Shown here in pieces: positions 1 to 8,700 of a stretch of 25,434 nt of DNA. Position 1 is the stretch's first letter. Each line of letters begins with the position of its first letter. The stretch spans positions 1 to 25,434 of IMG/VR virus record IMGVR_UViG_3300032305_000994, one strand, 5' to 3'. The stretch comes from a virus (Duplodnaviria > Caudoviricetes). The notes under the pieces were generated by a model. It made no database searches. It saw nothing but the letters and a program-made list of their open reading frames with translations, and was not told the origin of the DNA. Position numbers and translations under genes: made by a program.

Positions 1-375
1 ATAAATAGAAGCTAAGTTTTTATAATTTGAAATTGAAGATTTAGTAAACTCATCTATATCATAAGCTTCCTTTATTTCTTTTATTAAATTATATTTTTCC
101 TTCATAAGCTTTTGCTCATCCAATCTTTTACGGGCTTCACATACAGTTTCAACAAATTTTTCAGCTTTATTTTCTGAATTATATTTTTCATTAATCAAAT
201 ACTGATATAATTTCAATTCCTTTGAAAGTTCTTTTTTACCGGAAAAATATTCTTGTAATATTTTTTCAGCTTTTGAATTTTGTTTGCCAGACATGATTTC
301 CGATGTAATCTGTCTAACTAGCAATTCAAAAATGAATCCTGTGTTTTTAAATTTCGAGTGCTTAATATTTTTCAT
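1..375 (-). CDS. Conserved phage hypothetical protein downstream of portal (partial, runs off window edge)
   Basis: Not in ORF track. ATG at 375 reads MKNIKHSKFKNTGFIFELLVRQITSEIMSGKQNSKAEKILQEYFSGKKELSKELKLYQYL... and stays open to base 1. Preceded by the ATATTTATA motif (397-405). The N-terminus resembles a family I recall next to portals in large uncultured phages. Confidence 0.8.
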   Translation of the reverse strand, partial: MKNIKHSKFKNTGFIFELLVRQITSEIMSGKQNSKAEKILQEYFSGKKELSKELKLYQYLINEKYNSENKAEKFVETVCEARKRLDEQKLMKEKYNLIKEIKEAYDIDEFTKSSISNYKNLASIY

Positions 376-396
376 TAATTGTTTTAATTTCTCTGA

Positions 397-405
397 TATA
401 AATAT
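397..405 (-). promoter_or_regulatory. Candidate phage late promoter, ATATTTATA
   Basis: Exact 9-mer repeated 16-21 nt upstream of three head-module starts (375, 2686, 9933). Confidence 0.55.
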
Positions 406-422
406 ACGTTTATTGTGGATTA

Positions 423-2150
423 TTACTTTTTATCCAAATCTTCCATTAAAATAGTCTTTTTGTTACCCAACATATCTTTAAATATTTCCTTAGATTCTCT
501 TTGAGTTTTTTGCTTTAAAGTTTTAATTCCTAACGGGTCTCTTCCTAAATGGTGGTCATCTTTACCATATCTAACAACATCCTTCGGTCTACCAACTTTT
601 CCTTCTTCCTCCAATTCTTCTTTTATTTTTTGGATTTCTTCTTCCACATTAGTTGGTTCTCCAGCTCCGGTTTCTTTAGCCGGGTCAACTCCTTGCGTTT
701 CAATTGAAGTTAAACGGAATGTTTGTTTAGTATCCTCAATAACATCTACTGTTAATTCATCTTGCTCTTCAGGTGTCATATCCATAATAGCATCATACAT
801 CCATTTTTTAGAGAACATTTTAGTTTGTTGCATTTGTTGAATTAATGCTATTTTAGATGTATATAATTCAACTTTCTCTTGCTCATAAATTTTAGATGGT
901 ATTGTTAATTCTAATTGGAAATCCAATTCATCCTCACTATCTAATCCTTGTGCATATAAGTGAACAATTGCTATCTTAGTTAATTCCGATACTAATACTT
1001 TCTGAATTCTTTCTATTGTTTTTGCAAAACGAATATCTTGTGCCGCCAATGTAGCCTTTCCACTAACATCTTCTTCGTATCCTAAAAATGCTTTTGGTAT
1101 TTTCAATGCTGCCATCATTTTACCTTTTAGGTAATTGATATCATCAATCATATTATATTCCAATCCTTTTAGGGTATCAATTGAAGTACCATTATCACTA
1201 CCACGAACTGGCATATAATAATCTTCGATTAGATTTTGAATATTATATTTTAAGTTATATTCACCCGTAGCTTGGTCTAAGAAAGGAACTTTTTTAGATG
1301 AATTGATAATTTTTTGCATGTAGTTATCAACTTCGGTTGGTGGAATATTACCAACATCTACTTTAAAGATTCTCTTTTCAGGTGCTCTCATAATACGATG
1401 GATTAACATCGCATCTTCCATCAACGTTAATTGCTTCCAAACTCGTCTACCACCTTCAAGCATTGATTTACCATATGGTAAGAAGTTTGAATCTGAATAC
1501 AAGCGGAAGTGAGCTATTTCATAATTTTCAAATTCTCTTTTAGAACTAGCAGTTACTACTGCACTATTTGGATTCTGATATGGTGCATATACAAATTTAA
1601 CTCTTTGAGGATTTTGTGCATCAAATGCTTCAACTCTAGAAGTTTCATATACCGATAAAGGTTGTACGCCCACAATACCCAATTCTTCAGCTATTTCTAA
1701 ATTTAAAAAGAAATCTCCATATTTTACTAAATTTCTGGACCAAGGCCATAAATTAAATTCAATATTTAAAATATCATAAAAAAGATTTCTAAGAATCTCT
1801 TTTGTATTTTCGTTTGCGCAATTTATTTTAAGTACATCTCCTAATTCATTCTTTACAGTGGCTTCATCCGCGTAAATATCTAATGCTGATGATAAAATTG
1901 GGTCATTATCCATTCCATCATAATCTCTAAACAAGTCAATTCTAACTTGCTGATAAGCCATTGCGGATTCTATCAAACCACCACTATATTGTGGAGTTTT
2001 CATACGAGTGTATCTATCTATTAGATTCGTTGTTAATCCTTGATATTCATCGGTATCGATTACTTTGATACCTTGTTTCGTTTTACGAACTATTGTATTA
2101 GTTGAAAATAATTTTTGTAACCTACCGAAAAATGATTTATCTGCTGCCAT
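423..2150 (-). CDS. gp20: Portal vertex protein, T4 gp20-like
   Basis: 575 aa. gp20 motifs EDAMLIHRIMRAPEKRIFKVDVGNIP, EDYYMPVRG..GTSIDTL, ALKIP and DIRFAK. Close to terL. Confidence 0.95.
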   Translation of the reverse strand: MAADKSFFGRLQKLFSTNTIVRKTKQGIKVIDTDEYQGLTTNLIDRYTRMKTPQYSGGLIESAMAYQQVRIDLFRDYDGMDNDPILSSALDIYADEATVKNELGDVLKINCANENTKEILRNLFYDILNIEFNLWPWSRNLVKYGDFFLNLEIAEELGIVGVQPLSVYETSRVEAFDAQNPQRVKFVYAPYQNPNSAVVTASSKREFENYEIAHFRLYSDSNFLPYGKSMLEGGRRVWKQLTLMEDAMLIHRIMRAPEKRIFKVDVGNIPPTEVDNYMQKIINSSKKVPFLDQATGEYNLKYNIQNLIEDYYMPVRGSDNGTSIDTLKGLEYNMIDDINYLKGKMMAALKIPKAFLGYEEDVSGKATLAAQDIRFAKTIERIQKVLVSELTKIAIVHLYAQGLDSEDELDFQLELTIPSKIYEQEKVELYTSKIALIQQMQQTKMFSKKWMYDAIMDMTPEEQDELTVDVIEDTKQTFRLTSIETQGVDPAKETGAGEPTNVEEEIQKIKEELEEEGKVGRPKDVVRYGKDDHHLGRDPLGIKTLKQKTQRESKEIFKDMLGNKKTILMEDLDKK

Positions 2151-2170
2151 TTATATTTTATATTTTAATT

Positions 2171-2202
2171 CAAAGATATGGAAATTATTTGATATTAACA
2201 AA
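2171..2202 (-). promoter_or_regulatory. Bacteroidetes-type primary-sigma promoter (-33 TTTG / -7 TAnnTTTG) upstream of portal
   Basis: Minus strand reads TTTG-ttaatatcaaataatttcca(20 nt)-TATCTTTG, a match to the Bacteroides/Flavobacterium consensus, 20 nt before the portal ATG. Confidence 0.65.
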
Positions 2203-2206
2203 TTAA

Positions 2207-2686
2207 TTACCATTTTCTACAAGACCAGTAATTTGCTTTGTGTCTTGGTCCTGGGTTATCGCAATTCATTCTTGCTCTAAATGATTTTCTAGCAGCCGGA
2301 TTTGATTTTCTAATTTTCATTCCCTTTTGACCAAAGTTTACTTTAACAACATTGCCCGCAGGATTCTTTACATATACTTTGAACTTTTTAACATCACCTT
2401 GCATTGGTTTACCCAATTGAACATTTCTGCCTTGATATTCTGCTTCATAAACACAATTGCAATTTGCTTCAGCTAAAGTGTTCTTATATGCTTTTAAAAA
2501 TTCAATAAAATCTTCAATTTCTTCTGGCTCTACATCCAATTCTTCATAATCATCCCCAACTTCTTCACTTATTGGAACACAATTAGGAACTTCTTTGCCA
2601 TCTTTTTTCTTAGTACCCACCATTTCATATCCTTTCCAACAAGGATTTTCCATTTCTTTTAGTGGGATTAGGTTTATTAGTTTCAT
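2207..2686 (-). CDS. Small modular phage protein (CWKGY...VPNCVP module plus C-terminal KKFKVYVK...VNFG...YWSCRKW domain, DUF6321-like); possible head-internal protein
   Basis: 159 aa. Leader MKLINLIPLKE, then NPCWKGYEMVGTKKKDGKEVPNCVP, an acidic linker, and a basic Cys/Trp domain. Lies between portal and terL. Confidence 0.65.
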   Translation of the reverse strand: MKLINLIPLKEMENPCWKGYEMVGTKKKDGKEVPNCVPISEEVGDDYEELDVEPEEIEDFIEFLKAYKNTLAEANCNCVYEAEYQGRNVQLGKPMQGDVKKFKVYVKNPAGNVVKVNFGQKGMKIRKSNPAARKSFRARMNCDNPGPRHKANYWSCRKW

Positions 2687-2704
2687 ATTATAATAGTTTC
2701 AACA

Positions 2705-2713
2705 TATAAATAT
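2705..2713 (-). promoter_or_regulatory. Candidate phage late promoter, ATATTTATA
   Basis: Same 9-mer as 397-405 and 9950-9958, 18 nt upstream of the ATG at 2686. Confidence 0.55.
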
Positions 2714-2720
2714 ATAAAAA

Positions 2721-4331
2721 TTACTTTAGCAACCAAGTTAAGTTTTCAACTTCACCTTTGCCTAATTGCATTTCATATGGATTTTTCTGATTTTGCCAAT
2801 TTGCAGCATAAACGCCTGTATCATTTTGTATAGTAGTTGAACTTAACATACTCTTAGTTAAATCGATACCTTCTTGTCTTAATCTCAATGCAGTATTACG
2901 AACCCATAATCCAATTCCCAATGCCATTGTTAAGTCATCATTGTATCCCTTCATTGCTTCAGCTCTACCACCATTCCATATAAAGGTAAACAACTCATCT
3001 ATCAATCTATTAGAACGAATTAGGATATCTTTATCTTTCATATAGTTATCTAATGCAGAAATGATAAGAGGACGAGTTTTTGATGTTGTAGAGAAGCCAG
3101 CAACCATACTTCGTTCTTCTCTATAATATTTGTTACTCATTTGTCTTTCGGTATCTACATATTGTAAATCATTACTCATATAGAATAAATTGGGGTATCC
3201 CCTATTGATTACTTGCTGAATTGCAGCCCAACCAACGTTAGCATTTTCAATTACTAATAATGCGTTATTATATTCGGTTGCCAATGCTGTTAAAAAGTTA
3301 CCAAAATCTTTTGTATCTATCTTTCCTCTATATTCTCCAACTTGCGATGAATCTTCTATATCAATTATTTGACACGTAGAATAATCCGAACCATCTCCTC
3401 TCGCCACGTCGGCAGATATCATATACTGTCTATTGTAATTTGGATGTTCCCATATCCAAAGATTTCCATCGAAACCTCTTTTTTCAACGGGCTCCATTAC
3501 ATATGTTTCCTTATACCAAGTTAATAAAGCCGGGTCGATTACGGTATCACCCGAACCAATAAAGTCACAATCACATTCTTGCGATGCTCCTTTTGCTCCT
3601 AAAATACGAGTTTGCTCATCTCTCCATGCTTGGTTTCTTTCAGGGTGAACAGTCCAATGTAAATTAATACAATTGAAACCATTTTGTCCAGCTTCTCCTG
3701 CTACCCAAGTTTTATGGAAAAAATTACCCACACCATTTGGTGTAGAAAGAATAATAGCAGAACCACCCGTTGATAGAGTTGATTGTGCTGATAACCAAAT
3801 ATCATCGATATCTCTAATGAATGCTGCCTCATCCACTACTAATAGTGATAGGGCTTCCGAACGTCCTGCATCAGGTGAAGATGCGATTGCTTTTACTTGC
3901 GAACCATTCTTTAATTTAAGTGATAGTTTGTTATCTTCAGATGCTGCCGTTGAACCATCTCTTAACCAAATAGGAAGTAAATCGTGCATAACCCTTACCT
4001 TCTCTACTAAGTTTTTTGCAACAGTTACTTTAGTTGCGATAACCAACGCATTGAAGTCTTGGTTGAATATCATCTTCCAAAGAATAAAGCCCGCCGATAG
4101 GGTTGATAAACCTAACTGGCGGGATTTAAGGATGATGTTGAATCTATTATCTTTAAATTCATCTAAACAATTTTCCTGAAACTGATATAAATGAAATGGA
4201 ATCTTTCCACGAGTAGGGTGTTGGATGACACAATACTTTTTCATAAAGTATATCGGGTCTAACGCACACTTCTTATACTCATCGGAGATGATTTCTTTTA
4301 GTGTTTTTTTAGGTTGCCCTTGTACACTCAT
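2721..4331 (-). CDS. terL: Terminase large subunit, T4 gp17-like
   Basis: 536 aa. Q-motif (LYQFQ), Walker A KSRQLGLST, Walker B LLVVDEAAF, coupling motif STPNG, and RNase H-like nuclease residues ISADVARG, IENAN, DDLTMA. Confidence 0.96.
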   Translation of the reverse strand: MSVQGQPKKTLKEIISDEYKKCALDPIYFMKKYCVIQHPTRGKIPFHLYQFQENCLDEFKDNRFNIILKSRQLGLSTLSAGFILWKMIFNQDFNALVIATKVTVAKNLVEKVRVMHDLLPIWLRDGSTAASEDNKLSLKLKNGSQVKAIASSPDAGRSEALSLLVVDEAAFIRDIDDIWLSAQSTLSTGGSAIILSTPNGVGNFFHKTWVAGEAGQNGFNCINLHWTVHPERNQAWRDEQTRILGAKGASQECDCDFIGSGDTVIDPALLTWYKETYVMEPVEKRGFDGNLWIWEHPNYNRQYMISADVARGDGSDYSTCQIIDIEDSSQVGEYRGKIDTKDFGNFLTALATEYNNALLVIENANVGWAAIQQVINRGYPNLFYMSNDLQYVDTERQMSNKYYREERSMVAGFSTTSKTRPLIISALDNYMKDKDILIRSNRLIDELFTFIWNGGRAEAMKGYNDDLTMALGIGLWVRNTALRLRQEGIDLTKSMLSSTTIQNDTGVYAANWQNQKNPYEMQLGKGEVENLTWLLK

Positions 4332-4981
4332 TACTTTTTAACTTTTATTTTCCAATAAGTACCAAATCCTACATATGGGGAAAATGAACCAGTTGTTCCA
4401 TCGGTAGTTCTATTATTTACTCCCAATGTAAATTGATATAATTTATCTTTCTTAGTTTTTAAAATTAATCCCGCACCTATTGCAGAAACTAAATCAGCTT
4501 TATTGAATCCACCATTTAAACCATAATATAGTTGTGTTTTTGCTGGTTCTTTAACTATCATAGTTTCTTTTATAGTTCTTTCTTTTACACTTGCGTTAAA
4601 AGTTCTACCTAAGATTTTGTTTTGTGAGATTGTATCAGTAATAGAAACTGTTCCTAATGAATCAGGCAATACTAATACATCTTTGTATAATACTTTTGAA
4701 TAATAATCTTTTAACAATGCCGCTGTATCAATTACCGTTGGAATGATTACTTCTTTTTCAACAATTGTTTCGTGATAAATATCTTCACCTTTTTTAGTTA
4801 CTACTTTTGTTTTGATAACTTCTAAAGTATCAATATCATGTTTGATGATTTCATATTTTTTACCATCAATTCTAATAGTTCTTCCGCCCGGCATAACTCC
4901 GCCTGGGTTGAACCATTGTAATAACACATAAATAATCAATGCTGCAATAGCAATGTTTTTAAAATTCAATAATTTTTTCAT
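4331..4981 (-). CDS. N-terminally membrane-anchored protein, putative spanin-like/lysis-associated
   Basis: 216 aa. Hydrophobic IAIAALIIYVLLQWF after a basic N-terminus, a beta-rich DT-repeat middle, and an amphipathic beta C-terminus (YVGFGTYWKIK). 1-nt TAATG overlap with terL. Confidence 0.45.
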   Translation of the reverse strand: MKKLLNFKNIAIAALIIYVLLQWFNPGGVMPGGRTIRIDGKKYEIIKHDIDTLEVIKTKVVTKKGEDIYHETIVEKEVIIPTVIDTAALLKDYYSKVLYKDVLVLPDSLGTVSITDTISQNKILGRTFNASVKERTIKETMIVKEPAKTQLYYGLNGGFNKADLVSAIGAGLILKTKKDKLYQFTLGVNNRTTDGTTGSFSPYVGFGTYWKIKVKK

Positions 4982-4986
4982 AATTT

Positions 4987-5655
4987 TTAATTTTTTATAA
5001 GCTCTGAATGGTTTAATTCTCGTAACTTATCTTCTAATGCTGCTTTCCTCTCCAACAGAGCTTCAATTGCTTCGGTAGCGCCATTAATATCATTTTGTAA
5101 ATCTTCTTTTACTTTGTCAACATCAATATCATAATGCCATTTTTGAATAGTACCATCTTCATTAATAAATTCCATTGTTTGTGATACTGCTCTCAATCCT
5201 TCTTCAAATTGAGCTTTCAAATCAATAACATATGATAATTGATTATTAGTTATTTTATAATCTTCATAAAATGGATATGTTCCATCATCTTTTAATGTTT
5301 GTTCAAACTTTCTCAAACAAGTTACACACATTCCTGTTTTACGAATTAGTTTCTTATCTGCATTACTATATTTTATACTATCACATTCTTCGGATTGACA
5401 ATTATTTAATTTATCTAAATATTGTCTAACTTCATCCATTTGGGAAACTGTTATTTTATAACCTTCTTTTTGTTCCCATTCTTTACCATCAGCATCTACC
5501 CACGTTTCGCCAACTTCTCTCGTTTTTTCTGCTTCCTTTTCGTAACCAAAAGTCGTTTGATTATCATCAGTTCTACCAAATACGGTATCTATAATTAGTT
5601 TACGAGTTGGATGAATGTGATTATTTTTTTCTTCAAAGCTTTTTCTCTTTGCCAT
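4987..5655 (-). CDS. Hypothetical protein with Cys motifs (possible Zn-binding) and C-terminal coiled coil
   Basis: 222 aa. REVGETWVDADGKEWEQKEGY, CQSEEC and CVTC motifs, helical C-terminus. Confidence 0.7.
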   Translation of the reverse strand: MAKRKSFEEKNNHIHPTRKLIIDTVFGRTDDNQTTFGYEKEAEKTREVGETWVDADGKEWEQKEGYKITVSQMDEVRQYLDKLNNCQSEECDSIKYSNADKKLIRKTGMCVTCLRKFEQTLKDDGTYPFYEDYKITNNQLSYVIDLKAQFEEGLRAVSQTMEFINEDGTIQKWHYDIDVDKVKEDLQNDINGATEAIEALLERKAALEDKLRELNHSELIKN

Positions 5656-5700
5656 ATTTTATTTTATTTATAACCTTTTATATATACATATATATATAAT

Positions 5701-8700
5701 TTATCTCCCAAACTTAAAAATTCCTAAAATTTGATTTAAAGGAGCAAATGTTCCTGTTAATTTATATGTGTTTCCCTTATAGAAGAATACTAATCCTTCG
5801 TTTGGAACTAATTTTTCAAATCCACCAATAGCATTTAATCTAGCTAATTCCTTTTCTAATCTTTTTATTTGAGCTACACTACCACCACTTTTAATATCTG
5901 ATATAGATGATTCCAATGATGATTTAATAGATTGTAATGCCTTATCAGGTTGAGCAGTTAATACCGAACTCATAAACGAAAGGACTTCGGCTCCAACACC
6001 TAAAAAGATATCTTCGAATTTACGAATATTACCTTTCATTATTTTATCTTTAGCATCCTTATCTACACCATCTGCCCATTTCTTAGCATCTTCATCAGTT
6101 ATTGATTTAATACCAAATGATTTATTATCAAATGCCCATCTTCTCGCTAAACCTTCTTTTTCTAATTTTGTTAAATTCTTTTTAGAATTATTAACAAATT
6201 TCATCCACCAAGCGAAGTGATATTCAGCTATACCATCTTTATCTCCTAATCCAAACTCACTTTGCAGTTTAGATAACATTCCATTAAATTTACCTTTTTG
6301 AGAACTTAGTTTTTCATCCTTTGGAAGCTTTGTAATCGGAGGTCCTTGTAATGTATATTGAGATTGTACGTGTGCATTTATTTGCTTAATCATAGATGCT
6401 AATTTACTTTCTGCACCTTTTACACTACCAACCGCATTCCCCTTTTCATCATATTCAACTACGTTATGGAATACTAACAAAGATTGTCCATAAGGAATTA
6501 CATTTGCATTTTGTGGATAAATTACCTCTAAGTTACAAAACGCTGAACCATCTTTGAATATACTCTGTCTTTCTTTCTCTCCCAACCCACTAATAGCCGC
6601 AGATAAATCTCTCATTGCAAAATTATATGCATCACTCAATGCACCTCTTCCTCCAAATTTTGATGCTAACGCACTCATATCTAAAGCGCTAGCTCCACCA
6701 TTTGCTAAGTGTCCTTTGTTACGAGCGGCAATTAATCTACCATTTTTCCAACTGATTGCTAATGCCTGTCCATCAGTTTTTTCTCTAACTACTCCTAACT
6801 TACCATCTAATGCATTATTAACAATTTTTTTCAAATCACCAAATGTAAGATTCATTGAAATATCAAATGGATGATTCATATGACCATATGCACCACCTTC
6901 GGTAATCAAATAGTTTGATTCGTTTATTGATTCGTAAATATGTCCGTTAAGTTTGCCAAAATCTCTTAAAAGAATTCCGGCAGCTGCATTTGCTTCGTTT
7001 TCAACATCGGAGCCAGTTGCTCCATCTTCAGGCCCACCAATATATCCATCTTGTCTTTGTTTAAGATGAACTAATTCATGTGCCAATGTTCTTAGGATAT
7101 CCGGTGTACTTCGATTGGTAACATATATAAATATATCATTATTAACCGAGTCAAAACCACCATACGATTTAAATGTTGTAGCAAATTCACCATCTTTTAC
7201 CAATTTAATATTAAATGGTAAACCAATTAAACGTAATCTATCTTTTGCAAATTTTATAAATTCGCCTATAATTCTGCCTTTAGTTTTTTTTTCAGGGGTA
7301 GCTGGAACTTCTTCTTTTAATAGTCCTAATTTAACAGACATATCAGTTATTTCTTTATAATCTGTATCTCTTAAATCTCTTTCAACTTGTCTCCTATTAG
7401 CATTTGGATTTGCGGATACGGCTGCTCCAATTTTCTTTCTACCATATGCACCAGCTTTATCCCACATTTTCATAATTGCTTTAAAATGCCAATCACCAAC
7501 TCCTACCTCATTAAATGCGGATGGTACTTTTATTTTTACCCAACCACCATGTCTAAATATTCTAGCTGGTATTGGTAACGTAGAACCTATTGGTAATTTA
7601 TTCTGATATTTTTTGTCAACACCCACTACCTTTGTAACAAAATCTCTATTTTTATTATCTACTCCAACTAATTCAACTTCAACTTCAACAGCTTCTCCGC
7701 CGATTTTCATTTTACCTTTGAAAAATCCTTTTTGAATTTCACTTAGGGTTCTAAATGTTGTGGCTTGTTTGCCATTGATTGTTGGCATTCCGTGGTCATC
7801 TTTTCCAATATCCTTAACTTGTACTTTCTTATTTTTAAATTTACCCATTAAGATGGTATCGCCATTATCAACATCTACACTTACATCTTCTTTCATTAAA
7901 TCTGCAGCTGTGTTCTTTGGTGCCTCTCTTTTATAATTTGCAATTACTTGTATTAATTGCTCATCGGATAGTTTATAGTTTTGCATTATTTCTAATGTTT
8001 TTTCCATAAAGTTTGGTACAAATTTATTAGTATCAACCGATTCTTCTCCATTTTTATTTTCAAATATACCAGCGGCTCCTAATGCTATACCTACACCTGA
8101 TGCTTGAACTGCGTTAGCACCTAATGCTTCTGCTGCAGAGTGTTTTATGATATCTTTCATTACATATGAACCCAAATGACCTCCTCCAAATTTATACGCT
8201 ATTTTCGAAGCAGCTCCTTTTAAAATTCCACCAACACCTGCGCCATGTGAAGCGGCTTTTACTCCCCCTATTAAACCTCCTGTAACTGCGATTGAACCCA
8301 TTATTAGTGCAGTAGTTTTTGCAAGATTTTTAACACCATCTTTTTGTCTTTCATTTTCTTTCCACGACTTTTCTGCCAATTGTCTTTCTTCTGGTGTTAA
8401 ATCTTCTCTGAATACAGGTTCTTTTTTTGTTTTTGGTTTTCCTAAAAAGTTTTTATCTTGTATTTTATTACCATCTTTATCTTTAATTGCATGTCCGTGA
8501 CTATCTTTTTTATAAACCGGCACGTCTTGCATTTTTGGTTTTTTTCCTTCTGCAGAATCAGATTGGGTATAATCTCCCCAATGAACATTGTTACCATCTT
8601 TATCTTTAATACTTCCCATTTTTCCGGTAGTTGCTAATGATTTTATAGCTCTACCAGTTCCTACCATCATTTCTTTGTTATGCTCTAATGTATGCTTAAT

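Noticed and set aside
423-4331. Intein or intron in portal/terminase
   Set aside because: Both ORFs are uninterrupted and of normal length, with no splicing or homing-endonuclease motifs seen.
5677-5700. TA dinucleotide run
   Set aside because: Short and in an AT-rich intergenic gap. It contains a variant of the promoter motif but shows no sign of a functional repeat array.
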